In this document: piece by piece, positions 1 through 8,351 of the stretch
Layout: each line of letters starts with the position of its first letter
Numbering within the stretch: the first letter of the stretch is position 1
Origin: an uncultured Rickettsiales bacterium
GTDB taxonomy: Bacteria > Pseudomonadota > Alphaproteobacteria > Rickettsiales > UBA1997
Assembly (NCBI GenBank): GCA_944391075.1
Contig: CALXSG010000004.1
Span: forward strand, 10,445-74,444
DNA: 64,000 bases
Direction: 5' to 3'
Made by a program: the position numbers and the translations under genes
Notes under the pieces: generated by a model
The model's input: only the letters and a program-made list of their open reading frames with translations
Told to the model about the DNA's origin: nothing
Databases searched by the model: none

Positions 1-59
1 TGATTAGCAGACATTTTTTTTCTTTTATTATTTTTTTCTATTGCACTTACTTTTGCCAT
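1..59 (-). CDS. rpsN: 30S ribosomal protein S14, N-terminal fragment (gene runs off the window start)
   Basis: Not in the ORF track. The reverse complement of 1-59 starts with ATG (59-57) and reads MAKVSAIEKNNKRKKMSAN, an S14-like N-terminus. It lies directly downstream of rplE, as in spc operons. Confidence 0.6.
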   Translation of the reverse strand, partial: MAKVSAIEKNNKRKKMSAN

Positions 60-71
60 ATCCTTTCTCTT

Positions 72-608
72 TTATTTAATTGGAAAATATAATTCACTCA
101 ATAAAGCCTTAGCCTCTTCTTTATTTTTAGCTGTTGTAACAACATTGACATCCAAACCGAATATCTTATAAGCTTTATCTAATTCAATTTCTGGAAATAT
201 TGTATGTTCTTTAATACCAAAGCTATAATGATTGCTTTGATTGAATGCATTTCCAGGTAAACCTCTAAAATCTTTAACCCTAGGTAATGCAATAAACAAC
301 AATCTATCCAAGAATTCATACATTTTATCTTTTCTTAAAGTTACTTTTGCTGCTATTGACATACCTTCTCTTAATTTAAAGGTAGAAATAGATTTTTTAG
401 CTTTAACTAAAACAGCTTTTTGTCCAGCAATTAGACTTAATTGATTAACAACATAGGTTAAAAAATTGCTGTCTATATCACTAGTCTTGAAAGCTACGTT
501 TAAAGAAACTTTCTCCAATCTTGGAATTTCAAGTTCATTCTTATAGCCAAATTTTTCTTTTAGCTTTTTAGCAACTTCATTATAATATTTATCTTTAATT
601 AATGACAT
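72..608 (-). CDS. rplE: 50S ribosomal protein L5
   Basis: 178-aa ORF with L5-type sequence (PRLEKVSLNVAFK, FGIKEHTIFPEI). Lies between rplX and rpsN. Confidence 0.95.
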   Translation of the reverse strand: MSLIKDKYYNEVAKKLKEKFGYKNELEIPRLEKVSLNVAFKTSDIDSNFLTYVVNQLSLIAGQKAVLVKAKKSISTFKLREGMSIAAKVTLRKDKMYEFLDRLLFIALPRVKDFRGLPGNAFNQSNHYSFGIKEHTIFPEIELDKAYKIFGLDVNVVTTAKNKEEAKALLSELYFPIK

Positions 609-612
609 AATT

Positions 613-918
613 CTAACCTATTTTGTTTTTACTCTTTTTAGATACTCTAACCTTTTTACCATCTACAATTTCAAAACCAACCTTAACAGGTTTATTATCT
701 TCTACATAAGATACATTTGAAACGTGTATAGGTTTCTCTTCTTGTACTCTTTGTCCAGGAGTTTGAGCTGTAGGTTTCTTATGAACGGTAGCTAAATTAA
801 CTCCAGAAACTAATACTTTGTTTTCGGATGCAAGAACTTTAACGATTTCTCCTGTCTTGCCTTTATCCTTTCCGGTAATAACAATAACTGTATCACCTTT
901 TTTTAATTTACTAGCCAT
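613..918 (-). CDS. rplX: 50S ribosomal protein L24
   Basis: 101 aa. KOW motif KKGDTVIVITGKDKGKTGEI. Operon position fits. Confidence 0.95.
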   Translation of the reverse strand: MASKLKKGDTVIVITGKDKGKTGEIVKVLASENKVLVSGVNLATVHKKPTAQTPGQRVQEEKPIHVSNVSYVEDNKPVKVGFEIVDGKKVRVSKKSKNKIG

Positions 919-1286
919 TATAACACCTCCTCTGCTAAAGATAATATTTTTAAAAAGTTTCCAGCTCTTAATTCCCTAGCAATAGGTCCAGAAACACGAG
1001 TTCCAATAGGCATTCCGTCCTTAGAAATTAAAACAACAGCATTATCGTCAAATCTAATAGTACTGCCGTCCGGTCTTGTGATTTCTTTTTTTGTTCTAAC
1101 AATCACTCCTCTAACAACTTCACCTTTCTTTACTTTAGCACCAGGAATGATACTTTGTACAGCTAATACAATAATATCTCCAACGTTACTTGACATTCTT
1201 TTAGAGCCACCAAGAACTTTTATACATTTTGCAGTCTTGGCACCAGAATTATCAGCAACATTCAATAAAGTTTCCATCTGAATCAT
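918..1286 (-). CDS. rplN: 50S ribosomal protein L14
   Basis: 122 aa. Canonical L14 N-terminus [17 protein letters not shown]. Confidence 0.95.
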   Translation of the reverse strand: MIQMETLLNVADNSGAKTAKCIKVLGGSKRMSSNVGDIIVLAVQSIIPGAKVKKGEVVRGVIVRTKKEITRPDGSTIRFDDNAVVLISKDGMPIGTRVSGPIARELRAGNFLKILSLAEEVL

Positions 1287-1535
1287 TTACTTTTCTCCAG
1301 TTTCATCTTTGTTAATAATAACCCAAGACTTTCTTTTTGACAAAGGTCTTGTCTCTTGAATATAAATTTCATCACCGATCTTAGCCGTATTATTTTCGTC
1401 ATGAATCATATATTTCTTTTGTTTTTTAACATACTTTTCATATATTGGGTGTTTAACCAAAAAAGTATGTAAACCAACAACAGTCTTATCTCCAGCTATG
1501 CTAACTACTTTAACTTGTAAAATTTTTCCTGACAT
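1287..1535 (-). CDS. rpsQ: 30S ribosomal protein S17
   Basis: 82 aa, S17-like (KTVVGLHTFLVKHPIYEKYVKKQKKYMIHDE). Operon position fits. Confidence 0.9.
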   Translation of the reverse strand: MSGKILQVKVVSIAGDKTVVGLHTFLVKHPIYEKYVKKQKKYMIHDENNTAKIGDEIYIQETRPLSKRKSWVIINKDETGEK

Positions 1536-1536
1536 T

Positions 1537-1695
1537 TTATTCTCCTGCTTTTTTTAATTTAGTGAATAACCTAGCTATTTCCTTTTTTGTCTTCTTAATT
1601 TCAGAGACATTCTTTAAATCACCATTAGCATTCTTAATTCTAAGACTTAAAAGTTTCTTTTTCAATTCTAATATTTTATCTTTAATTTCTTTCAT
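1537..1695 (-). CDS. rpmC: 50S ribosomal protein L29
   Basis: Below the ORF-track size cutoff. Hand translation of the minus strand from ATG 1695-1693 to TAA 1539-1537 gives 52 aa: MKEIKDKILELKKKLLSLRIKNANGDLKNVSEIKKTKKEIARLFTKLKKAGE. This is L29-like and sits exactly between rplP and rpsQ. Confidence 0.85.
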   Translation of the reverse strand: MKEIKDKILELKKKLLSLRIKNANGDLKNVSEIKKTKKEIARLFTKLKKAGE

Positions 1696-1712
1696 ATCTT
1701 TTCTCTCTATAA

Positions 1713-2126
1713 TTAAACTCTTTTAACAATCTTAGTTATAAAAGGTAACTTTGCGGAAGCTTTAGATAAAGCTGTCATAGCTACATCTTCGGATACACCA
1801 TCAACCTCAAATAATACCAAACCAGGTTTTACCCTGCACATCCAATAACTAACAGAACCTTTACCACTACCCATTCTAACTTCGGCAGGTTTGCTAGATA
1901 CTGGTATTTGTGGAAATACTCTAATCCAGATTTTACCTTCTCTTTTTAAATATCTAGAAATACATCTTCTAGCAGCTTCAATTTGGTTAGCTTTTAATCT
2001 TCCCGAACTTAAAGATTTAAGACCAAACATACCGAAGGCCAAAGAAGATCCAGAGCTTGCAACACCTGTAATTTTCTTTCCACCTTTTTGCGCTTTTCTA
2101 TATTTTGTCTTATTAGGCAACAACAT
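1713..2126 (-). CDS. rplP: 50S ribosomal protein L16
   Basis: 137 aa. Typical L16 start [16 protein letters not shown]. Confidence 0.95.
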   Translation of the reverse strand: MLLPNKTKYRKAQKGGKKITGVASSGSSLAFGMFGLKSLSSGRLKANQIEAARRCISRYLKREGKIWIRVFPQIPVSSKPAEVRMGSGKGSVSYWMCRVKPGLVLFEVDGVSEDVAMTALSKASAKLPFITKIVKRV

Positions 2127-2196
2127 TTTCTTATTTCCTCATTTTTACTAGTATAATAAAATTATATCTTAATAAATTAAAGTCAATAGGTTTAAA

Positions 2197-2218
2197 CAAG
2201 AAATTTAACTATTTCTTG
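2197..2218 (-). promoter_or_regulatory. Hairpin overlapping the rpsC stop codon in an unusually long (82 nt) rpsC-rplP spacer
   Basis: caagaaat (2197-2204) pairs with atttcttg (2211-2218), giving an 8-bp stem and a 6-nt loop. In the minus sense it is followed by TTT. Confidence 0.3.
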
Positions 2219-2823
2219 CAAATCCATACTTTAATTCCAATTATTCCATAAATTGTATGTGCATTAGCTGTTGCATAATCAACATCAGCTTTTAAGGTAT
2301 GCAAAGGAATAGAACCTTCTTTATAAGTTTCAGCCCTTGCAATCTCAGCGCCATTCAATCTTCCACCAATCTTAATCTTGATTCCTTTAATACCATATCT
2401 CATAGCGGTTTGCATAACTTTTTTGATAACTCTTCTATAAGAAGCACGGTTTTCAATTTGTTTTGCAATACTTGTTGCTACAACTTGGCTGTCCATATCA
2501 GGTTTATCAACCTCAGAAATCTTAATATTAACATCGGCTTCACCCATCTTTTTAACTTGTGCTTTAATCTTTTCAATATCAGCACCTTTCTTACCAATTA
2601 AAACACCAGGTTTAGCTGTTTTAATTATAACATTTACTTTATTTCCAGCTCTTTCAATAACTACTTTACTAATAGCAGAATCACTATAATTATTCATTAT
2701 GTAATCTCTGATCTTTAAATCTTTAATAAGATTTTCGGCATACTTTTTATCGTCATACCATACAGAAGACCATTGATTATTATTAAGGATTCTAAAACCC
2801 ACTGGATTAACTTTTTGTCCCAT
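2209..2823 (-). CDS. rpsC: 30S ribosomal protein S3
   Basis: 204 aa. MGQKVNPVGFR start and a KH-domain GKKGADIEK. Confidence 0.95.
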   Translation of the reverse strand: MGQKVNPVGFRILNNNQWSSVWYDDKKYAENLIKDLKIRDYIMNNYSDSAISKVVIERAGNKVNVIIKTAKPGVLIGKKGADIEKIKAQVKKMGEADVNIKISEVDKPDMDSQVVATSIAKQIENRASYRRVIKKVMQTAMRYGIKGIKIKIGGRLNGAEIARAETYKEGSIPLHTLKADVDYATANAHTIYGIIGIKVWICKK

Positions 2824-3204
2824 TTATTCTCCTTTTTCAATTAAAACTATTCTTAAATTACTAAAAGGTTTAAGTATTCTAACACCTCTACCTTTTGCTC
2901 TAGCCTTAAATCTTTTCATAACCATAGCCTTACCAACATCAACTCTATAAACATATAAATTGTCTATATCTAAGCCGTGGTTATTTTCTGCATTAGCCAT
3001 AGCTGATTTTAAAAGTTTACTAACATCTTTTGCAGCAGCTTTCTTTGAAAAATTTAATGCAACAACAGCTTTATTAGCTGGCATACCCATAATGCTTCTA
3101 GCTATAGCAGATAACTTTATAGGACTAATTCTAATGGATCTCAAATGAGCTTCTGCAGTTTTTTGAATTTTATTTTCATTTTCTTTTTTCATTTTTCTCT
3201 CCAT
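2824..3204 (-). CDS. rplV: 50S ribosomal protein L22
   Basis: 126-aa ORF with an L22 core (AEAHLRSIRISPIKL, VMKRFKARAKGRG). The true start may be the internal MKKEN at 3192. Confidence 0.9.
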   Translation of the reverse strand: MERKMKKENENKIQKTAEAHLRSIRISPIKLSAIARSIMGMPANKAVVALNFSKKAAAKDVSKLLKSAMANAENNHGLDIDNLYVYRVDVGKAMVMKRFKARAKGRGVRILKPFSNLRIVLIEKGE

Positions 3205-3485
3205 TATTTTTTAGCAGCAACTTTCTTATTTCCTGCATGTCCAAAGAAAGTTCTAGTAGGAGCAAACTCGCCAAACTTGTGTCCAACCATACCTTCAGTT
3301 ACTAGCACAGAAACAAATTTCTTTCCATTATAAACACTAAATGTCAAACCAACAAATTGTGGAACAATAGTTGATCTTCTTGACCATGTTTTTATAATAC
3401 CTTTTTTTGTAGATTCATTCATGGCTTTAGCTTTCTTTAATAAATAACCATCCACAAATGGAACCTTCCAAACTGATCTTGACAT
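3204..3485 (-). CDS. rpsS: 30S ribosomal protein S19
   Basis: 93 aa. [12 protein letters not shown] and [13 protein letters not shown]. Confidence 0.95.
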   Translation of the reverse strand: MSRSVWKVPFVDGYLLKKAKAMNESTKKGIIKTWSRRSTIVPQFVGLTFSVYNGKKFVSVLVTEGMVGHKFGEFAPTRTFFGHAGNKKVAAKK

Positions 3486-3498
3486 ATTCTAACCTCTT

Positions 3499-4323
3499 CT
3501 ATTTTTTATGACGACTTTTAATAATTAACTTGTTAGAAACTTTATTCTTCTTTCTAGTTCTACCACCTCTAGCACATACACCGGTTGGAGAAACTGGAAT
3601 TCTACCACCTCTTGTTCTACCACCAAGTGGATGATCAACAGGGTTCATAGATTCACCTCTAACGTGAGGTCTAATTCCTAACCATCTAGATCTACCTGCT
3701 TTACCAATTACTATGTTTTTGTTATCAGCATTAGAAACAGTACCTATTGTAGCTAAACAATCTAATGGGAATTTTTTAATTTCACCAGATTGTAATTTTA
3801 ATATAGCATAGCCATTATCTTTACCAGCTAATTGAGCAAATGAACCAGCACTTCTAGCTAATGTGGCACCAGCACCAACTTTTGTCTCAATATTATGTAT
3901 TAAAGTACCAACTGGTATAATTGCCATAGGCATTGTATTACCTGGTTTTATATCTAATAACTTTTTTGATGACATAATTTTATCACCAACTGCTAATTTA
4001 TTAGGTGCAATTATGTAAGATAAAATGCCGTCTTCATATTTAATTAAAGCTATAAAAGCAGTTCTATTAGGATCATATTCGATTCTTTCAACTACTGCTG
4101 GAACATCGAATTTATTTCTCTTAAAATCAACTAATCTATAAGCTTGTTTATGTCCACCACCTCTTCTTCTAACAGTAATTTGGCCTTTATTATTTCTTCC
4201 AGCTTTACTATTTAAAGGTTCAACCAACATTTTAACAGGAGAACCCTTCCAAAGGTCTGATCTATCAATTGTAATCAAACTTCTTTGTGCAGGTGTAATA
4301 GGATTATAATTTTTTATAGCCAT
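3499..4323 (-). CDS. rplB: 50S ribosomal protein L2
   Basis: 274 aa. [15 protein letters not shown] and [15 protein letters not shown]. Confidence 0.95.
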   Translation of the reverse strand: MAIKNYNPITPAQRSLITIDRSDLWKGSPVKMLVEPLNSKAGRNNKGQITVRRRGGGHKQAYRLVDFKRNKFDVPAVVERIEYDPNRTAFIALIKYEDGILSYIIAPNKLAVGDKIMSSKKLLDIKPGNTMPMAIIPVGTLIHNIETKVGAGATLARSAGSFAQLAGKDNGYAILKLQSGEIKKFPLDCLATIGTVSNADNKNIVIGKAGRSRWLGIRPHVRGESMNPVDHPLGGRTRGGRIPVSPTGVCARGGRTRKKNKVSNKLIIKSRHKK

Positions 4324-4326
4324 TTC

Positions 4327-4620
4327 TTACTCCAATATACTTAAATTAATATCCTGTCCTTTTTTAACGGTAACGACAGCTTTTTTAACTGAACTTCTCT
4401 TTCCCTTAGTTCCTTTAAATCTTTTTACTTTACCTTCTGTATTAATTATATTAACACCTTCAACAATAACATCAAAAATATCTTGAATAGCTTTTTTAAC
4501 ATCGTCTTTATTTGCAGAAGCTACAACTTCAAAATAAAATTGATTATTTTCAGCTGCTCTTGCAGTTTTTTCTGTTGTAAGTGTTCGTACTATAATATCA
4601 AAATTTTTACCTAAACTCAT
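4327..4620 (-). CDS. rplW: 50S ribosomal protein L23
   Basis: 97 aa, L23-like. Lies between rplD and rplB. Confidence 0.9.
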   Translation of the reverse strand: MSLGKNFDIIVRTLTTEKTARAAENNQFYFEVVASANKDDVKKAIQDIFDVIVEGVNIINTEGKVKRFKGTKGKRSSVKKAVVTVKKGQDINLSILE

Positions 4621-5240
4621 TATAATACCTCTTTTTTAACTTTTTCATAAGAAAGCTCATCAAGTAATAAGAAGTCATGATTCATTAAATCATAAACATT
4701 TAATGCATTAGAATTTAAAAGTTTAACACCTTTAATATTTCTAACTGATTTGTTGAAGTTTTCTACAACTTCTTGATAAGCTATTAAAGGATTTACAATA
4801 GCATTTTGAACTAATTTAGCATTAACTTCTTTTGTACTAATTGGAAGTTCTTGTAAACCTTGTAAAATAATAACTTTTCCATTAGCTAATTTATCTTTCA
4901 ATACGATTGATAAAGCTTTTTTAACCATTTTCTTAGGCATTGTATATGAGTAATCTCTAGGTTTTGGACCATGAGCCTTAGCACCACCAACAAATTGAGC
5001 ACCTTTTAAACTACCTTGTCTAGCAGAACCTCTACCTTTTTGACCAAAAGGTTTCTTTCCTGTATAAGCAATTTCAGAAACGGTTTTTGTTTTAGCGGAT
5101 GAAAGTCCTCTTCTATTAGCAAGTTGCCATTTAATGATTGAAGCAATTAAATCTGCATTTTCATTAATACTTTCAGCAACTAAATCTAAATCTTGTTCGG
5201 ATATTTGAGAATTACTTAAATTTAAAAATTTTATCTTCAT
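4620..5240 (-). CDS. rplD: 50S ribosomal protein L4
   Basis: 206 aa. KPFGQKGRGSARQGS motif. Confidence 0.93.
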   Translation of the reverse strand: MKIKFLNLSNSQISEQDLDLVAESINENADLIASIIKWQLANRRGLSSAKTKTVSEIAYTGKKPFGQKGRGSARQGSLKGAQFVGGAKAHGPKPRDYSYTMPKKMVKKALSIVLKDKLANGKVIILQGLQELPISTKEVNAKLVQNAIVNPLIAYQEVVENFNKSVRNIKGVKLLNSNALNVYDLMNHDFLLLDELSYEKVKKEVL

Positions 5241-5243
5241 TTC

Positions 5244-5879
5244 CTATCCTCTCTTAGCTGTTTTGATAATAACATCTCTACCTTTAAAACCAGGGATAGC
5301 ACCTTTTACACAAATAATATTGTCAGCTGTATCAATATCAACAACTTTCAAATTCTTTACAGTAACTTGTTCATCACCTAATTGACCAGGCATTTTTTTA
5401 CCTTTAAATACTTTTGCTGGACTCATTCTATTACCGGTAGAACCAATAGATCTATGTGTAACTGAAACACCATGAGAAGCTTCAAGTCCTCTAAAATTCC
5501 ATCTCTTCATACCACCAGCAAAACCTTTACCTTTACTGATTCCAGTAATATCAACAAGAACAACACCATCTAAAAGAGCAGCATTTAAAATGTCGCCAAT
5601 ATTAACTGGTTTATCTTTTGACATTTTAACAGTTGTCATTTTTGAATATGGTTCTAAGTTCTTCTTTTTGTAAATACCAAGAATTGATTTATTTAATTTT
5701 TTTTCTGGATTCTTTGGTTTATCATAAGATAAAGTAACATTTAAGTAATCTTTACCTTCAATTTCTTTAATATCACTTACACAACACTCATAGAGTTGAA
5801 TAAGTGTAACAGGAGTAACAGCACCATTGCTGTCGTATATTCTACTCATTCCTATTTTTTTACCAACTATACCTAACAT
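5244..5879 (-). CDS. rplC: 50S ribosomal protein L3
   Basis: 211 aa. GKGFAGGMKRWNFRG motif. Confidence 0.95.
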   Translation of the reverse strand: MLGIVGKKIGMSRIYDSNGAVTPVTLIQLYECCVSDIKEIEGKDYLNVTLSYDKPKNPEKKLNKSILGIYKKKNLEPYSKMTTVKMSKDKPVNIGDILNAALLDGVVLVDITGISKGKGFAGGMKRWNFRGLEASHGVSVTHRSIGSTGNRMSPAKVFKGKKMPGQLGDEQVTVKNLKVVDIDTADNIICVKGAIPGFKGRDVIIKTAKRG

Positions 5880-6202
5880 TATTCATTTACCCCATTAAGT
5901 GCAATTTTAATATCAACACCAGCTGATAAGTTAAGACTCATAAGAGCATTAACTGTTTGTGGTGTAGGAATAATAATTAATAATCTTTTAATAGATCTAA
6001 TTTCAAACTGTTCCATACTTCTCTTATAAATATGAGGAGATCTGATAACTGTAAATTTTTTAATATTAGTAGGTAAAGGAATAGGGCCTTTTACAACAGC
6101 TCCTGTTCTTTTAACAGTACCAATAATATCTTGAACAGCTTGATCTAATATTTGACTATCAAAAGCCTTCAAAGTTATTTTAATACTTTCTTTCTTTTTC
6201 AT
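5879..6202 (-). CDS. rpsJ: 30S ribosomal protein S10
   Basis: 107 aa. [16 protein letters not shown] and [14 protein letters not shown]. First gene of the S10 operon. Confidence 0.95.
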   Translation of the reverse strand: MKKKESIKITLKAFDSQILDQAVQDIIGTVKRTGAVVKGPIPLPTNIKKFTVIRSPHIYKRSMEQFEIRSIKRLLIIIPTPQTVNALMSLNLSAGVDIKIALNGVNE

Positions 6203-6236
6203 TTCAAAAAATTTAATTTTAATAAAATATAACTAC

Positions 6237-6298
6237 AACGAGAGGTCCATATAATGGACTTCGTCCCTACATTTACAACAATCTATTGGCAAATGTAG
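6237..6298 (-). promoter_or_regulatory. Two adjacent hairpins between the stop of pilin gene 1 and the rpsJ start (terminator and/or S10 leader structure)
   Basis: acgagaggtcc (6237-6247) pairs with ggacttcgt (6256-6264), with a bulge. ctacattt (6268-6275) pairs with aaatgtag (6291-6298). This is the relatively GC-richest stretch of this spacer. Confidence 0.35.
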
Positions 6299-6417
6299 TT
6301 TATATTATAGAACCAATATTTTAAAAATCAAGCTTAAATTACATTTTTTAGCAAATTTACACAATTTATGAAAAAAATACGACAAAAATTTTAATTATTT
6401 ATAAGAATAATTTTAGA

Positions 6418-7234
6418 TTATATATCTATAAGATGAATAGCAAATCTATTACCTTCTCTATGATCTGATTTTTTATATCTAAAAATACCATTCATATCAC
6501 CATGACCATCTACATCTATACCATCAATTTTTGTATCAAGTTTTTTTAATATATCATCATAACTTTGCTTAAAAGAAATTTGATCTTCCGATACCATCCA
6601 TATACTATGCTTCATTATATTATAAAACCAATCATTATTTTTACTATATCCAATAATTTGATGAAAAGTCCAAGGTAAATCAGAAAAAAACTTGGTAGTT
6701 GGAGCATGAAAATCATCTGGTGTAGGTTCAAAATCTATAATACCATTTAAATATAATTCAATATATGCTCCAGCATCACTTTTCTGAGCTTTATTATTGT
6801 ATGGACTTGAAAAACTATTAATTGAATAACTTTCTCCAGCTTTTCCTGTTCCATTAGGACAAGAATCACCACCACACCAAGCACCATTAAAACCATCATT
6901 ATTTAAATCTCCTGGCAATCTACCATATTTTACTTTAAATGTATATAAAGCTTGTTTCCACGAATTTACTTCATTAATAAAATTTCTCATTTTTGCACTC
7001 TCAATCAAACTAGCACCACCAGTTATACCAGCTACAAGAAGTCCTATTATTATAAGAACTATTGACAACTCAATCAAAGAAAAAGCAAGAATATTATTTA
7101 TTTTGAATTTAATGAAATTTTTATGTATACAATCAGTATTATTGTTTGAATTAACTATTTTGTTAAATTGTTTATAAAAAGCGCCCCCCCCCCCACAAAC
7201 TTTTGATAATATTTTTATTATTTATAATATTCAT
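6418..7234 (-). CDS. Type IV pilin-like (prepilin-type N-terminal domain) protein, paralogue 1. Phase-OFF as sequenced (G11 tract).
   Basis: The ORF track gives 6418-7077, starting at a TTG (MIELSIVLIIIGLLVAG). The same frame stays open upstream through the G tract to a TAA at 7222-7224 but has no start codon. The ATG at 7234-7232 is in another frame and stops 4 codons after the tract (MNIINNKNIIKSLWGGGRFL*). Prepilin signal: NNILA/FSLIELSIVLIIIGLL, with Glu at +5. Confidence 0.8.
6715..7234 (-). repeat. Conserved 5' module of the pilin family, copy 1 (leader plus N-terminal half)
   Basis: Near-identical by eye to 7632-8144. Examples: aaatctataataccatttaaatataattcaatatatgctccagcatcact and ctggcaatctaccatattttactttaaatgtatataaagcttgtttccacgaatttacttcattaataaaatttct. 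Confidence 0.8.
7184..7194 (-). repeat. Homopolymeric tract, 11 C on plus strand (G11 in the coding sense), in the leader of pilin gene 1
   Basis: Counted directly: gcg + 11 c + acaaac. G10 or G13 would join ATG 7234 to the pilin frame. Confidence 0.9.
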
Positions 7235-7319
7235 ATATTGTTAAATTATTATTATGACATTTCTATTTTTAATATAACTATTGATATTTTAAAAAAGCAA
7301 TAAATTATTAAAATATTTA

Positions 7320-8144
7320 TTATAAATCCATTAAATTTACACCTACTCTATTACCATATTTATGAGTATGTGGCTGATATCTAAAATTACCTGTCAAATC
7401 CCACTCCTCATCCATAATATGACCATCCAATTTCCTATCTATTTTTTTACATATTCGGTCATAACTACTTTTAGATATATAAGCAACATCCGAAACCAAC
7501 CACACACTCAAATTTTTTATATTATCTACAAACATTATAGCATTAGGATTTGAACTATATTTATATTCTACAAATTGATGAAATTTCCATGATAATTCAG
7601 GAAATACTATAATATGAGGCTTAACAAAATTTTCTGGATCTGGCTTGAAATCTATAATACCATTTAAATATAATTCAATATATGCTCCAGCATCACTTGG
7701 TTGTACTTTATTATTATATGGTTCTGGAAAACTATTAATTGAATAACTTTCTCCAGCTTTTCCTGTTCCGTTAGGACAAGCATTACCACCACACCAACCA
7801 CCTAAAAAACCATCATTATTTAAATCTCCTGGCAATCTACCATATTTTACTTTAAATGTATATAAAGCTTGTTTCCACGAATTTACTTCATTAATAAAAT
7901 TTCTTACTTTAGCACTCTCAATCAAACTTTGACCACCAATTATGCCGGATACCAAAAGACCAATAATAATTAATACTATTGATAATTCAATTAAAGAAAA
8001 AGCAAGAATATTATTTATTTGAGATTTAATGAAATTTTGATTTATACAATCAGTATTATTGTTTGAATTAACTATTTTGTTAAATTGTTTATAAAAAGCG
8101 ACCCCCCCCCCACAAACTTTTGATAATATTTTTATTATTTTCAT
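7320..8144 (-). CDS. Type IV pilin-like protein, paralogue 2. Phase-ON as sequenced (G10 tract).
   Basis: Intact 274-aa ORF: MKIIKILSKVCGGGVAFYKQFNKIVNSNNNTDCINQNFIKSQINNILA/FSLIELSIVLIIIGLLVSG. The GGG codons are the poly-G tract. The N-terminal half is ~90% identical to paralogue 1 and the C-terminal ~105 aa are strongly diverged. Confidence 0.85.
   Translation of the reverse strand: MKIIKILSKVCGGGVAFYKQFNKIVNSNNNTDCINQNFIKSQINNILAFSLIELSIVLIIIGLLVSGIIGGQSLIESAKVRNFINEVNSWKQALYTFKVKYGRLPGDLNNDGFLGGWCGGNACPNGTGKAGESYSINSFPEPYNNKVQPSDAGAYIELYLNGIIDFKPDPENFVKPHIIVFPELSWKFHQFVEYKYSSNPNAIMFVDNIKNLSVWLVSDVAYISKSSYDRICKKIDRKLDGHIMDEEWDLTGNFRYQPHTHKYGNRVGVNLMDL
7632..8144 (-). repeat. Conserved 5' module of the pilin family, copy 2
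   Basis: See copy 1 (6715-7234). Confidence 0.8.
8102..8111 (-). repeat. Homopolymeric tract, 10 C on plus strand (G10 in the coding sense), in the leader of pilin gene 2
   Basis: Counted directly: gcga + 10 c + acaaac. Reads tgt ggg ggg ggg gtc gct in frame. Confidence 0.9.
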
Positions 8145-8351
8145 ATTTATATTATTTTAATATTATTATTACAACCTTTGTACTTATAATATATTGTTTG
8201 ATGTGAAAGTCAATAAAATTTTTCTAATTATAAATATATACCAATTCTATTAGTAATAAAATTAATCTACTACTAATATAGTAATTATATAATAATTACA
8301 CCAATAAAATAAAAAATGATATTATTATAAATTAAACTTATTAATATTTTA

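Noticed and set aside
6231-6300. Possible degenerate tRNA, because aactaca (6231-6237) can pair with tgtagtt (6294-6300) like an acceptor stem
   Set aside because: There is no T-loop (GTTCRANNC) or D-arm, no sensible anticodon arm and no discriminator/CCA context. The length and inner hairpins do not fit a cloverleaf. It is better explained as two terminator or leader hairpins.
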